DNA of 64,000 nt from Myxococcota bacterium (lineage in GTDB: Bacteria > Myxococcota_A > UBA9160 > SZUA-336). Each line of letters begins with the position of its first letter. The stretch's first letter is position 1. Positions 27,348 through 35,950 of the stretch are shown piece after piece. The notes under the pieces are model-generated. The model ran no database searches, was not told the origin of the DNA, and saw only the letters and a list, made by a program, of their open reading frames with translations. The stretch is from assembly GCA_035499075.1 (NCBI GenBank), contig DATJZN010000056.1:96894-160893 (forward strand). The letters run 5' to 3'. The position numbers and the translations under genes are program-made.

Positions 27348-28535
27348 ATGGAGAAGCTCCCCTACCCGGCCTTCGATTGCGACAACCACTACTACGAGGC
27401 GCTGGACGCGTTCACCCGGCACCTGGACCCGCGGCTCGGCTCGCGCTGCATCCAGTGGGCCGAGATCGGCGGGCGCCGCTACCACGTGGTCGCGGGGAAG
27501 GTCTCCCATGCCGTGGCGAACCCGACTTTCGACCCGATTGCGAAGCCGGGCGCGATGCACGAGTACTTCCGCGGCAACCCTAACAAGAAGTCGCCCATCG
27601 AGTTCCTGCGCGAGCGCGAGCCGATCCCGGCCGCGTACCGCGACCGCGACGCGCGGCTCGACGCCATGGACCGCCAGGGCCTCGAGGCGGTGTGGCTGTT
27701 CCCGACGCTCGGCGTGCTGTACGAGGAGCTCTTGAAGCACGACACGGAAGCCGTGGGCATCGCGTTCCGCGCGTTCAACCGCTGGCTCGACGAGGACTGG
27801 GGCGTCGCCTACCGCGGGCGGATCTTCGCGGCGCCCTACATTCCGATGTGTAGCCCCGAGATCGCGATCCGCGAGCTCGACTGGTCGCTCGAGCGCGGCG
27901 CACGCGTGGTGTGCATGCGGCCCGCGCCCGCGTGGACCTCGGCGGGGCCCCGCTCGCCCGGCGACGCGCTGTTCGACGGCTTCTGGGCGCGCGTGAACGA
28001 AGCGGGCGTCACGGTGGTCGTGCACGCCGGCGACAGCGGCTACAGCACGAACGGCTACGCGCGCGACGGCTTCGGCGCCACGTTCGAGCCCGGCGGCTGG
28101 AAGCCGACGATCAAGGCCTTCAACATCGAGCGCGCCGCACACGACTTCCTGATCACGCTCGTGTTCGAGAAGCTCTTCGACCGCTTCCCGAACCTGCGCA
28201 TCGCGTCGGTCGAGAACGGCTCCGACTACCTGGCCGACCTGTTCAAGAAGCTGCGCTCCACCGCCAAGAAGATGCCCGGCTACTTCAAGGAAGACCCCGT
28301 CGCCACGTTCAAGCGCCACGTCTGGATCAACCCGTTCTGGGAGGACGACGTGAACGAGATCACCGAGCTCATGGGTGCCGAGCGCGTGATCTTCGGCTCG
28401 GACTGGCCGCACATCGAGGGCATGCCGCAGCCGCTCGACTACGTGGACGAGCTCGCGAAGTTCGACGCGCCCGCGAAGCAGCGCATCTTGCGCGACAACA
28501 CGCGCGAGCTCAACGAGCTCCGCCCCACGGCTTGA
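27348..28535 (+). CDS. amidohydrolase family 2 metal-dependent hydrolase
   Basis: Amidohydro_2-like blocks FDCDNHYYE, VVVHAGDSGY, FGSDWPH; 395 aa. Confidence 0.8.
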   Translation: MEKLPYPAFDCDNHYYEALDAFTRHLDPRLGSRCIQWAEIGGRRYHVVAGKVSHAVANPTFDPIAKPGAMHEYFRGNPNKKSPIEFLREREPIPAAYRDRDARLDAMDRQGLEAVWLFPTLGVLYEELLKHDTEAVGIAFRAFNRWLDEDWGVAYRGRIFAAPYIPMCSPEIAIRELDWSLERGARVVCMRPAPAWTSAGPRSPGDALFDGFWARVNEAGVTVVVHAGDSGYSTNGYARDGFGATFEPGGWKPTIKAFNIERAAHDFLITLVFEKLFDRFPNLRIASVENGSDYLADLFKKLRSTAKKMPGYFKEDPVATFKRHVWINPFWEDDVNEITELMGAERVIFGSDWPHIEGMPQPLDYVDELAKFDAPAKQRILRDNTRELNELRPTA

Positions 28536-29275
28536 CCCGGGCGCTGCGGGCAGGCGCCCTCGCGGCCGCAGCGCTCGGCCTGTCGGGCTGCCTGCTCTTC
28601 CTGCCGATGCCGTCGCGCAAGTCGCCCGAACAGTCGCAGGCGAACCTGTTGCCCATGCCCGCGCCGCAGCCGCACCGGCCGCCGGGCCGCAGCGAGGACC
28701 AGCTCACGTCCGAGGTCAACGCGCTGGGCGACCGCATCGGCGGCTATCCGCCGCACTTCCAGAGCGAGGTCGAGCGCCAGGACGCCTACGACCGCTGGAG
28801 CGACCTGTTGCTCGACGCGCAGGCGCTGCCGTGGAGCACCGCGGGCGAGGCGACGCGCCTGGGTCTGCTCGGCGAGCTGTACCGCCAGGGCTTCGACATG
28901 GACGTGGCGAGCGCCGGCTCGCTCGCCGAAGCGACCCTGCTGCAGTGCATCGACCTGCACCCGCGCGCGATCAACTGCAACTGGTCGCTCGTGTTCCTCT
29001 ATCTGTCAGTGACTCCGAGCGACGAACGGCTGAAGCAGGTGCGCTTCAGCCTGGACGTGCTGCGCCAGGAGCTCGGCCCTGCGCCGAACGAGGAGGTCGA
29101 GTACTACTCCGCGCTGTTGCGCGCGTTCAACGGCGACGTCGACGGCGCCCGCCGCCAGATCGACGCGTACTTCAAGGACTTCCCCCAGGGGCCGCACTCC
29201 GACGACCTGCACAAGCTCAGCTCCGAGATCGACGAGGCCGAGAGCAAGAGGAAGAAGGAGGCGAGCGCGCCGTGA
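28532..29275 (+). CDS. lipoprotein, function unknown
   Basis: TTG start overlapping upstream stop (TTGA); signal plus lipobox LGLSGC; helical, Lys-rich C-terminus. Confidence 0.55.
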   Translation: MTRALRAGALAAAALGLSGCLLFLPMPSRKSPEQSQANLLPMPAPQPHRPPGRSEDQLTSEVNALGDRIGGYPPHFQSEVERQDAYDRWSDLLLDAQALPWSTAGEATRLGLLGELYRQGFDMDVASAGSLAEATLLQCIDLHPRAINCNWSLVFLYLSVTPSDERLKQVRFSLDVLRQELGPAPNEEVEYYSALLRAFNGDVDGARRQIDAYFKDFPQGPHSDDLHKLSSEIDEAESKRKKEASAP

Positions 29276-29754
29276 GCGCGCCCGAGCGCCGGCCGCAGCT
29301 CTACGGCATCGGCACGTCGGTCTACGCGGAGCGCGCAGGCGAGATCCTGGTCTTGAAACGCGCGGGCGGCGCCGCGCTGGGCGCCTGGTATACACCAGGC
29401 GGTGTACTCGACCCGGGCGAGACGCCGGCCGAGTGCGCGCGCCGCGAGCTCTTCGAGGAGACTGGCCTCGCGCCGAGCGGGCCGCTGCGCCTGGTGAGCC
29501 TGGTGCCCATGCACGTCTACGGCGCCGACGGCTTCATCGCCGCCTTCGCGTGCGCTTGCGACGCCGGCGAGGTCCAGCTCAGCCCGGAGCACTCGGCGGC
29601 GCGGTGGATCGACCCGCGCGAGTACCGCGACCGCTACTTCGCGCCGGAGGGCCTCGCGAAGCTGCGCGCCGCCGAGCCGCGCATCGCCGAGATGGCCGCG
29701 GCCGTGCGGCGCTCGCTCGACGAGTATCTCGACTGGAAGGCCGGGCGCGCCTAG
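29272..29754 (+). CDS. NUDIX hydrolase
   Basis: Nudix box GGVLDPGETPAECARRELFEETGL; GTG start overlapping upstream stop (GTGA). Confidence 0.8.
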   Translation: MSAPERRPQLYGIGTSVYAERAGEILVLKRAGGAALGAWYTPGGVLDPGETPAECARRELFEETGLAPSGPLRLVSLVPMHVYGADGFIAAFACACDAGEVQLSPEHSAARWIDPREYRDRYFAPEGLAKLRAAEPRIAEMAAAVRRSLDEYLDWKAGRA

Positions 29755-32700
29755 GAGGCCGGCCGCAGCTCGGCGAGGCGCGCCACCGCGCGCTCGCCGT
29801 CGTCGAGCTCGAAGAACTCGATGCGCTCGACCCGCCCGGCGTCGGTGGTCATCAGCACCAGGTGGGTCCCCTCGAACTCGCCGCCGTGCGCGAGCGTGCC
29901 GGAGACCTGCACCACGCTCACGACTCCGTACGGCTCGAGCGCCAGGCGGAACGGCGTGTCCACCTGCACCGCGGACGCCAGCTCGGCCAGCACCCGGACG
30001 CTGTCTGCGTAGGCCGGTCCCGCCAGCGCGCCGAGCCGCACCACCCGGCGATGGTCCTCGAGCACGAAGCCGTCCGCGAGGATCGCGCGCGCCCGCGCGC
30101 CGTCGCGCGCGTTGAAGGCGTCGTTCAGCTCGATGCCGGGCCGGAGCACCGCCGCGGCGAGCGGGTCGCGCGCGCACAGACCGTCGCGCAGCTCGCGCAG
30201 CGCGCGCGACCGCTCGGCGGGCGCGAACTCGCGGAGGACCGCGATGCGGCCCGCCGCGTCGAGCTCGACGAGCCAGAGTGACTCGCCCCCGGAACCTCGC
30301 ACGAGCTCGAGTGCGGACTGCGCGTCGGCGGAGCCGACGATCGCACGAGTGACTCGTGCGCCGGTGGCCGCGCAGCGGCCGAGCGCAGCGAGCGCACGCT
30401 CGATTTCGGCGCCGCCGGCGCAGAGTGCCCGCGCGCCGGCTCCGTCGCCCGAGCCGAGCGCGGCGAAGAGCCGGTCCAGCGCAGCCGTCGCGGAGTTCGG
30501 CGCGGCGAACGGCGCGAGCCGCTCGGGTGCGCGAGCGAACGCGCCGAAGCACTCGCGGGCGCGCTCGAGCTGGTCGAGCTCGAACAGGTCGATCGACACG
30601 AGCCGCGCGCCGTCGTGGCGAGTCGCGCGCACGAACACGCGCTCGAACGCCCCGCCGTCGCGCAGCCGCCCGAAGCTGCGCGTGACGGCCAGCTCGCCCC
30701 GCTCGTCGGCGGCCAGCTCGTACAGCGACTCGGCCGCGGCGTCGGGCGACTCGGCGAACAGCGCCGCGAGCGCCGCCACGTAGGCTGCGGCGCCCTCGAG
30801 CCGGCCGAGACCCGTGCGGCGGTGGTCGTCGAAGACGAAGTCGCCGCGCAGCGCGCCGCGCACGCGCTCGAGGTCGCGCGCGTTGAAGATGCGGCGGAAC
30901 TCGCGCATCGGCGATGGATCGGCGCGCTCGAGCAGCTCCGCGCTCGCGGCGCGCCGGTCGTCCGGATCGAAGTGCAGCACGGCGCGCAGCCGGCCCTGCG
31001 CATCGAGCTCGACGAGGCGCAGGAACTCGCCCTCGAACGCGCCTGCGCCCGCGCCGCCGCGGTAGCGGAAGCGCTCGAGCGCGAGGCGCTGGCCGCTCGT
31101 CGCGAGCAGCTCGCGGCCCCGGGCGATCTCGCCCAGCGACGCCATGAACGACAGGTTGCGCACGTACACCTCGACGTCGCCGCGCACGAGCGCGCCCTTG
31201 CGCCGATCGTCGAACTCGAAGTCGGGAGTCACGAGCGCGCGCAGCGCGTCCCAGTCGCCCGCCACCACGAGCGGGCCCAGTCGCTCCTGGTCGGCGCGCG
31301 CCGCGGCGTTCGGCGGCACGCGCAGCGGGTCCGACCGGAGCTCGGCGAAGCGCGCGCGCGCCTCGTCGAGCTGGTCGAGCTCGTACGCGTCCCAGCGGCG
31401 GATCCGGCCGTCCGCTGCCAGCGCGAACAGGTTCGCACCTGCGATCTCGAAGCGACCGCCGGCGCGCGTGCCCTCCCAGCGGCCGACGTTCAAGATGCCG
31501 CGCCCGTCCAGCGCGAGCACGTGGTCGGCGCGCGACCGCGCATCCGGCGCCAGCTCGAAGAGCGCGCGCAGCCGCGCGAGATACTCGTCGCGAGAGTGCA
31601 GCGTGCCGAAGCCCATGCGCCGGTGGTCCTCGAACACGAGGTCGTGCGAGAAGACCGACGCGAGCCCGTCCCAGTCGCGCGCCGACATCGCGCGCTCGAG
31701 CCGGCGCAGCGCCTCGCGCGCCGCCGGAAACGGCGCGGCCTCGCCCGCTTCGTAGCGGCGCTCGAGCTCGGCGTACACCTCCTCCAGGGCGTCGGGATCG
31801 AAGCGAACCAACGCGATCCGGTCGCCGCGCTCGTCGACCTCGACCAGGGCGAGCTGTTCCGTCTCGCTCGGGCCGATGGTCTCGCTGCGGCCGCTGTAGA
31901 CGAGCCGCGCCACGCACAACCGCTCCCCGCGGGTGGCGAGCACGTGGCTCTCGAGGTGTGCGACGATCGCGTCGTACAGCTCGCGCATGTAGGCCAGATG
32001 CTCCTCGCGGCTCAGGTCCAGCTGCATGAGGCGGCGGCGGTCGAGACTGCGGAAGCCGGGGGCGTACAGCGCGACGCACGCGTCCCAGTCGCGGTCGTTC
32101 CACGCCGAGCCGAAGCGGTCGAGCGAGCGCGTCGCGGCGTTCTCGATCCGTGGACCGGGCGCGGCCGCGAGCGACGCAGCTCCGTGGGCGGCGAAACGCG
32201 CCTCGAGCGCGGCATGCGCGGCATCGCGCGCTTCCAGGTCGAACACGTCGAGCGCGATGCGCCGCCCCTCGCCGTCGACCTCGACCAGGTCCAGCATCTC
32301 GACGGCCAGCGGCCCGGCGCCGGCTTCCGCGCGCGCTCCGAACCGGACCCGCAGCAGCGCCAGGTGTTCGCCGCGCGCCGCGACGAGCGCGCTCGACCAT
32401 TCGCTGTCCGAGGTCTCGAACAAGAGCCGCTCGTTCGCAAAGAAGGCGTCGCCGCGCACCTGCACGCGGAACAGCGCACGGTGGTCGTTCATGACGTGAC
32501 TCGGCGCGTAGCTCGCGACCACCGCGTCCCAGTCGCGTGCGCGCCAGGCGCGCTCCGAGCGAGTCACCGCGCGCGCCGCCGCGTTCGCGCGCTCCGAGGC
32601 CGGCGCGGGCTCGGCGCGCGAGTCCACCGTTTCGGCAGCGCGAAAGACCGCGAGCGCCGGCCGCGCGCGCGTCGCGCGTTCGGCGAGCAGGCTCGCGCCC

Positions 32701-35700
32701 TTCGCCTCCCACAGCTCGATCGCGCGCGCGTCCTCGGCGTCGGCCTCGGCGCTGCGGCCGGCTGCGCGCAGCGCGACGGCGAGCGCGCGCCGCGCGTTCG
32801 CGTGCTGGAGCAGCGCATCGGTGGCGGCGGCGATCTCGACGGCTGCGCGCGCGAGCTCGATCGCGGCCGCGTGCTCGCCGCGCCGCGCGAGCGCCTCGGC
32901 GCGCACGCCGCGCCAGGCGATCGCGGCGTTGAGGTCGTCGCCGGCGAGCCGCTCGCTCTCCTGGCTCAGCACCTCGGCGCCGATCGCGTCGCCCTGCGCG
33001 AGGCGCGCGCGCGCCAGCAGCGCGGCCGCCCGCGCCGCGTCGATGCCGAGCCCGTGCTCGCGCAGCCCCTCGTACGCGACCGAGAGACAGCGCGCCGCGG
33101 CCTCGGCGTCGCCCTGCAGGAGCTCGATGTAGCCCGCGAAGAACTCGACTTCGAGGAGCTGCGCCTCGAGCCCGAGCTCCTCGACGGTGCGCCGCGCGGC
33201 CGCGATCATGCGCCGCGCCGCCTCGACGCGCCCGCGCAGCGCTTCGAGCACCGCCTGACACCGAAGTGCGACGGCCTCGACCGCGGGCGCCCCCTGCGTG
33301 ATTCGCAGCACGCGCACGACGTCGAGACAGCGGCCGCTCGCGCGCGCGACCGGACTCGGGCCGTACAGCGCGGCGACCGGGGCCCCGGCCAGGACGCCGT
33401 TCGCACGGCGGCGGTCGCGCGCGCGCCGCGCCGCCGCGAGCGCGCGGTCGAGCGCCGCTTCGGATGCGCCGAGCCGGCCCAGGCGCGCCAGCGCGGTGGC
33501 GTGAACGGAGTGCGCCTTGGCCTCGCCCGCGGCATCGCCCGCCGCCGCGAGCGCCGCTGCGGCCGCCGCCGCCGACTCCGCGGAGGCGCGCAGCGACTCG
33601 GGGTGGGTGAGCACGGCGAGCTCCGCCGCGAAGCACGCGTGCCACGCGCACAGGCGCTCCGAGCGCGGCGCGAAACGCGCGAGCTCCTCCACCGCCCGGC
33701 TCGCGAGCCCGACTTCGCCCGCGGCGAGCAGCGCCTCGCACCAATCGAGCGCGAGGTCGGCGCGCGCCGGGTCGGCGGCGTCGAGACACTCGAGCGCGCG
33801 CCCGACGAGGTCGGCCGCGAGCCGCAGCTCGTCGCGAGCCAGCGCCATGCGCCCTGCCGCGCCCAGGTGGCGCGCCGCGCGCCCGCCGACCGCTGCGCCG
33901 TGGGCGTCGAGCGGTCCGAGCTCGCGCAGATGCCGGTGTGCCTGCTCCAGGTGCCAGCCGATCGGCTCCTCGTGCTCGGGTGCCCCATCCGCCTGCGCGG
34001 CGATCCAGTCCGCCAGCCGCTCGTGCAGCTCTGCGCGCGTGCGGCGCAGCACGCGGCGGTAGGCGGCGTCGCGGATCAGCGCGTGGTGGAAGCGCAGGCC
34101 GGGCTCGCCGAGAAACCAGCCGCTGTCCGGCTCGATCAGCTCGGTGCGGCGCAGCGACTCGAGCTTGGCGTCGAGCTCGGCGGGATCGCGCTGCAGCAGG
34201 TGTGCGACCGCGGCGCGCGAGAACCTGCGCCCGACGACCGCCGCGCGCTCGAGGAGCGCGCGCTCGTCGGGGCCCAGGCGCTCGATGCGCGCCGCGAGCA
34301 GTGCGTGGATGGTCGGCGGCATCTCGAGCCGCGCGAGCTCGACGCCGGCGACCCAGCGGTCGCCGTCGCGCCGCAGCGCTCCGTCGTGGACGAGCATGCG
34401 CACGAGCTCGCCCACGAAGAGGGGGTTGCCCTCGCTCGCCGCGAGCACGCGCCCGACCAGCGCGGCGGGCAGCTCCTCGGCGCCGACCGCGTTGGCGGCG
34501 AGCCGCGCGGCCGCGCTCGCCTCCAGCCCGGAGAGCATCACCACCTCGGTCACTACACCGCCTGGTGTCGCCAGCGACGAGCGCAGCTCGCGGAGCTCGG
34601 GGCGCGAGCCGAGCAGGACGAGGAGAGGCACGCCGCTCGACCACTCCACCAGGTGCTCGGCCAGGTCGAGGAGCAGAGGCTCGGCCCACTGCACGTCGTC
34701 GATGACCAGCACGACGGGCCGCGCCGCGGCCAGCGCCGCGAGCAGCCGCCGCACCACGAAGAACGTCTCCTCGGGCGAGGCGGGCGCGCCGGCCAGCAGC
34801 GCGGCGAGCCCGGTCGCCAGCCGCGCGCGCTCCGACTCCGCGCCGGGCACGACCGCGTCGACCGCCGCGCGGATCGCCTCGGGCTCGTCCGCGTCGCCGA
34901 GTCCGAGCCGCTCGCGCAGCACCGCGGCGATGGGCGCGAAGCTGCGGCCACGCGACGGATCGCAGCGCGCCGACAGCACGACCGCGCGGTCGCCCACGCG
35001 CCGCGCGAGCTCGGCCAGCAGGCGCGACTTGCCGAGCCCGGGCGAGCCGAGCAGCACGGCCAGGCGCGCACCGGGCGCGGCGACCGCGGCTTCGAACACG
35101 GCGCGCAGCCGGCGCAGCTCGTCTTCGCGCCCCACGAATGCCGTGCCCTGCCCGACGGCGGGCGGGTCCAGCGAGACCACGCGATAGGCCGCCACCGGCT
35201 CCACGCGGCCGCGCAGCGCGAACGTGCCGAGCGGCTCGAGCGTCAGCTTGCCCGCGACCAGCCGCTGCGTGGCCTCGCCGAGCACCACGTCGCCGTCGCG
35301 CGCCTCCTGCTGCAGGCGCGCCGCGACGTTCGCCGGGTCGCCGATCACGCTGGTCTGATCCTCGGCGACGATCACCTCGCCCGTGTTCACCGCGATGCGC
35401 AGGCCCGCCGCACCGACCGCGGCCGCCTGCTCGCCCAGCAGCTCGCGGAACGCGGCCTGCATGGCGACCGCCGCGCGCACGCCGCGCACGGCGTCGTCTT
35501 CAGCGACGCGCGGCACGCCGAACGCGCACAGCACGCCGTCCCCGAGCAGCTGCACGACGGTGCCGCCGTGCGCGCGCACCACGGCCGCCATCGCGTCGTG
35601 GTACCGCGCCATGAAGCGGCGCGCGCTCTCGGCGTCGAGCCGCTCGTGCAACGCGACCGAGCCGACCAGATCGGCGAAGACGATGGTGACCACCTTCCGC

Positions 35701-35882
35701 GCCGTGGTCTCGACCGGCGCCGACGCCGTCGCGGCGAGCGCCGCTCCGCACGCGTCGCAGAACCTCGCGTCGGCGGCGTTCTCTGCGCCGCAGCTGGGAC
35801 AGCGCGGCGCGAGCGACTGGCCGCAGCCGCTGCAGAAGCGCGCCCCGGCGCGGTTGGCCCGGCCGCAGCTCGCGCAAGTCAT
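29751..35882 (-). CDS. multidomain signalling protein: double zinc ribbon + class III adenylate/guanylate cyclase + STAND/AAA NTPase + TPR-like region + seven tandem NTF2/SnoaL-like domains
   Basis: Residues 3-45: four CxxC pairs. Cyclase catalytic motifs KVVTIVFADLVGS and LLGDGVLCAFG. Walker A LLGSPGLGKSRLL, Walker B VLVIDDVQWAE. Ala-rich helical TPR-like stretch about residues 600-1060. Seven about-130-aa repeats each opening with a ...RDWDA..A..Y/F...D..F.DHRR... motif. Single uninterrupted 2043-codon frame. Confidence 0.8.
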   Translation of the reverse strand: MTCASCGRANRAGARFCSGCGQSLAPRCPSCGAENAADARFCDACGAALAATASAPVETTARKVVTIVFADLVGSVALHERLDAESARRFMARYHDAMAAVVRAHGGTVVQLLGDGVLCAFGVPRVAEDDAVRGVRAAVAMQAAFRELLGEQAAAVGAAGLRIAVNTGEVIVAEDQTSVIGDPANVAARLQQEARDGDVVLGEATQRLVAGKLTLEPLGTFALRGRVEPVAAYRVVSLDPPAVGQGTAFVGREDELRRLRAVFEAAVAAPGARLAVLLGSPGLGKSRLLAELARRVGDRAVVLSARCDPSRGRSFAPIAAVLRERLGLGDADEPEAIRAAVDAVVPGAESERARLATGLAALLAGAPASPEETFFVVRRLLAALAAARPVVLVIDDVQWAEPLLLDLAEHLVEWSSGVPLLVLLGSRPELRELRSSLATPGGVVTEVVMLSGLEASAAARLAANAVGAEELPAALVGRVLAASEGNPLFVGELVRMLVHDGALRRDGDRWVAGVELARLEMPPTIHALLAARIERLGPDERALLERAAVVGRRFSRAAVAHLLQRDPAELDAKLESLRRTELIEPDSGWFLGEPGLRFHHALIRDAAYRRVLRRTRAELHERLADWIAAQADGAPEHEEPIGWHLEQAHRHLRELGPLDAHGAAVGGRAARHLGAAGRMALARDELRLAADLVGRALECLDAADPARADLALDWCEALLAAGEVGLASRAVEELARFAPRSERLCAWHACFAAELAVLTHPESLRASAESAAAAAAALAAAGDAAGEAKAHSVHATALARLGRLGASEAALDRALAAARRARDRRRANGVLAGAPVAALYGPSPVARASGRCLDVVRVLRITQGAPAVEAVALRCQAVLEALRGRVEAARRMIAAARRTVEELGLEAQLLEVEFFAGYIELLQGDAEAAARCLSVAYEGLREHGLGIDAARAAALLARARLAQGDAIGAEVLSQESERLAGDDLNAAIAWRGVRAEALARRGEHAAAIELARAAVEIAAATDALLQHANARRALAVALRAAGRSAEADAEDARAIELWEAKGASLLAERATRARPALAVFRAAETVDSRAEPAPASERANAAARAVTRSERAWRARDWDAVVASYAPSHVMNDHRALFRVQVRGDAFFANERLLFETSDSEWSSALVAARGEHLALLRVRFGARAEAGAGPLAVEMLDLVEVDGEGRRIALDVFDLEARDAAHAALEARFAAHGAASLAAAPGPRIENAATRSLDRFGSAWNDRDWDACVALYAPGFRSLDRRRLMQLDLSREEHLAYMRELYDAIVAHLESHVLATRGERLCVARLVYSGRSETIGPSETEQLALVEVDERGDRIALVRFDPDALEEVYAELERRYEAGEAAPFPAAREALRRLERAMSARDWDGLASVFSHDLVFEDHRRMGFGTLHSRDEYLARLRALFELAPDARSRADHVLALDGRGILNVGRWEGTRAGGRFEIAGANLFALAADGRIRRWDAYELDQLDEARARFAELRSDPLRVPPNAAARADQERLGPLVVAGDWDALRALVTPDFEFDDRRKGALVRGDVEVYVRNLSFMASLGEIARGRELLATSGQRLALERFRYRGGAGAGAFEGEFLRLVELDAQGRLRAVLHFDPDDRRAASAELLERADPSPMREFRRIFNARDLERVRGALRGDFVFDDHRRTGLGRLEGAAAYVAALAALFAESPDAAAESLYELAADERGELAVTRSFGRLRDGGAFERVFVRATRHDGARLVSIDLFELDQLERARECFGAFARAPERLAPFAAPNSATAALDRLFAALGSGDGAGARALCAGGAEIERALAALGRCAATGARVTRAIVGSADAQSALELVRGSGGESLWLVELDAAGRIAVLREFAPAERSRALRELRDGLCARDPLAAAVLRPGIELNDAFNARDGARARAILADGFVLEDHRRVVRLGALAGPAYADSVRVLAELASAVQVDTPFRLALEPYGVVSVVQVSGTLAHGGEFEGTHLVLMTTDAGRVERIEFFELDDGERAVARLAELRPAS
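29754..32590 (-). repeat. intragenic tandem array of seven diverged about-390-bp units encoding NTF2/SnoaL-like domains (C-terminal half of the 2043-codon gene)
   Basis: Protein-level periodicity: RARDWDAVVASYAPSHV / DRDWDACVALYAPGF / ARDWDGLASVFSHDLVFEDHRR / AGDWDALRALVTPDFEFDDRR / ARDLERVRGALRGDFVFDDHRR / degenerate unit 6 / ARDGARARAILADGFVLEDHRR, each ending in a ...VELDxxGRI...FDxD strand motif. Confidence 0.6.
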
Positions 35883-35885
35883 AGG

Positions 35886-35921
35886 TCCGAGGGTCGCATG
35901 GGCACCCTACCCATGCTCGGA
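35886..35921. promoter_or_regulatory. imperfect nested palindrome immediately upstream of the cyclase-STAND gene start
   Basis: TCCGAG-ggtcg-CATGGG-cacccta-CCCATG-c-TCGGA lies 4-40 nt upstream of the ATG at 35882; no downstream T-run, so not a canonical terminator. Confidence 0.25.
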
Positions 35922-35950
35922 TGGTCGCACGGGCCTGCGCGCTCCGCGCG

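Noticed and set aside
29751-35882. Calling the cyclase-STAND protein an antiphage Avs/defence system
   Set aside because: No neighbouring defence genes (nucleases, CBASS/Pycsar-like effectors, methyltransferases). Cyclase-AAA-TPR proteins are established housekeeping signalling proteins in actinobacteria. Retained only as an alternative hypothesis inside the finding.
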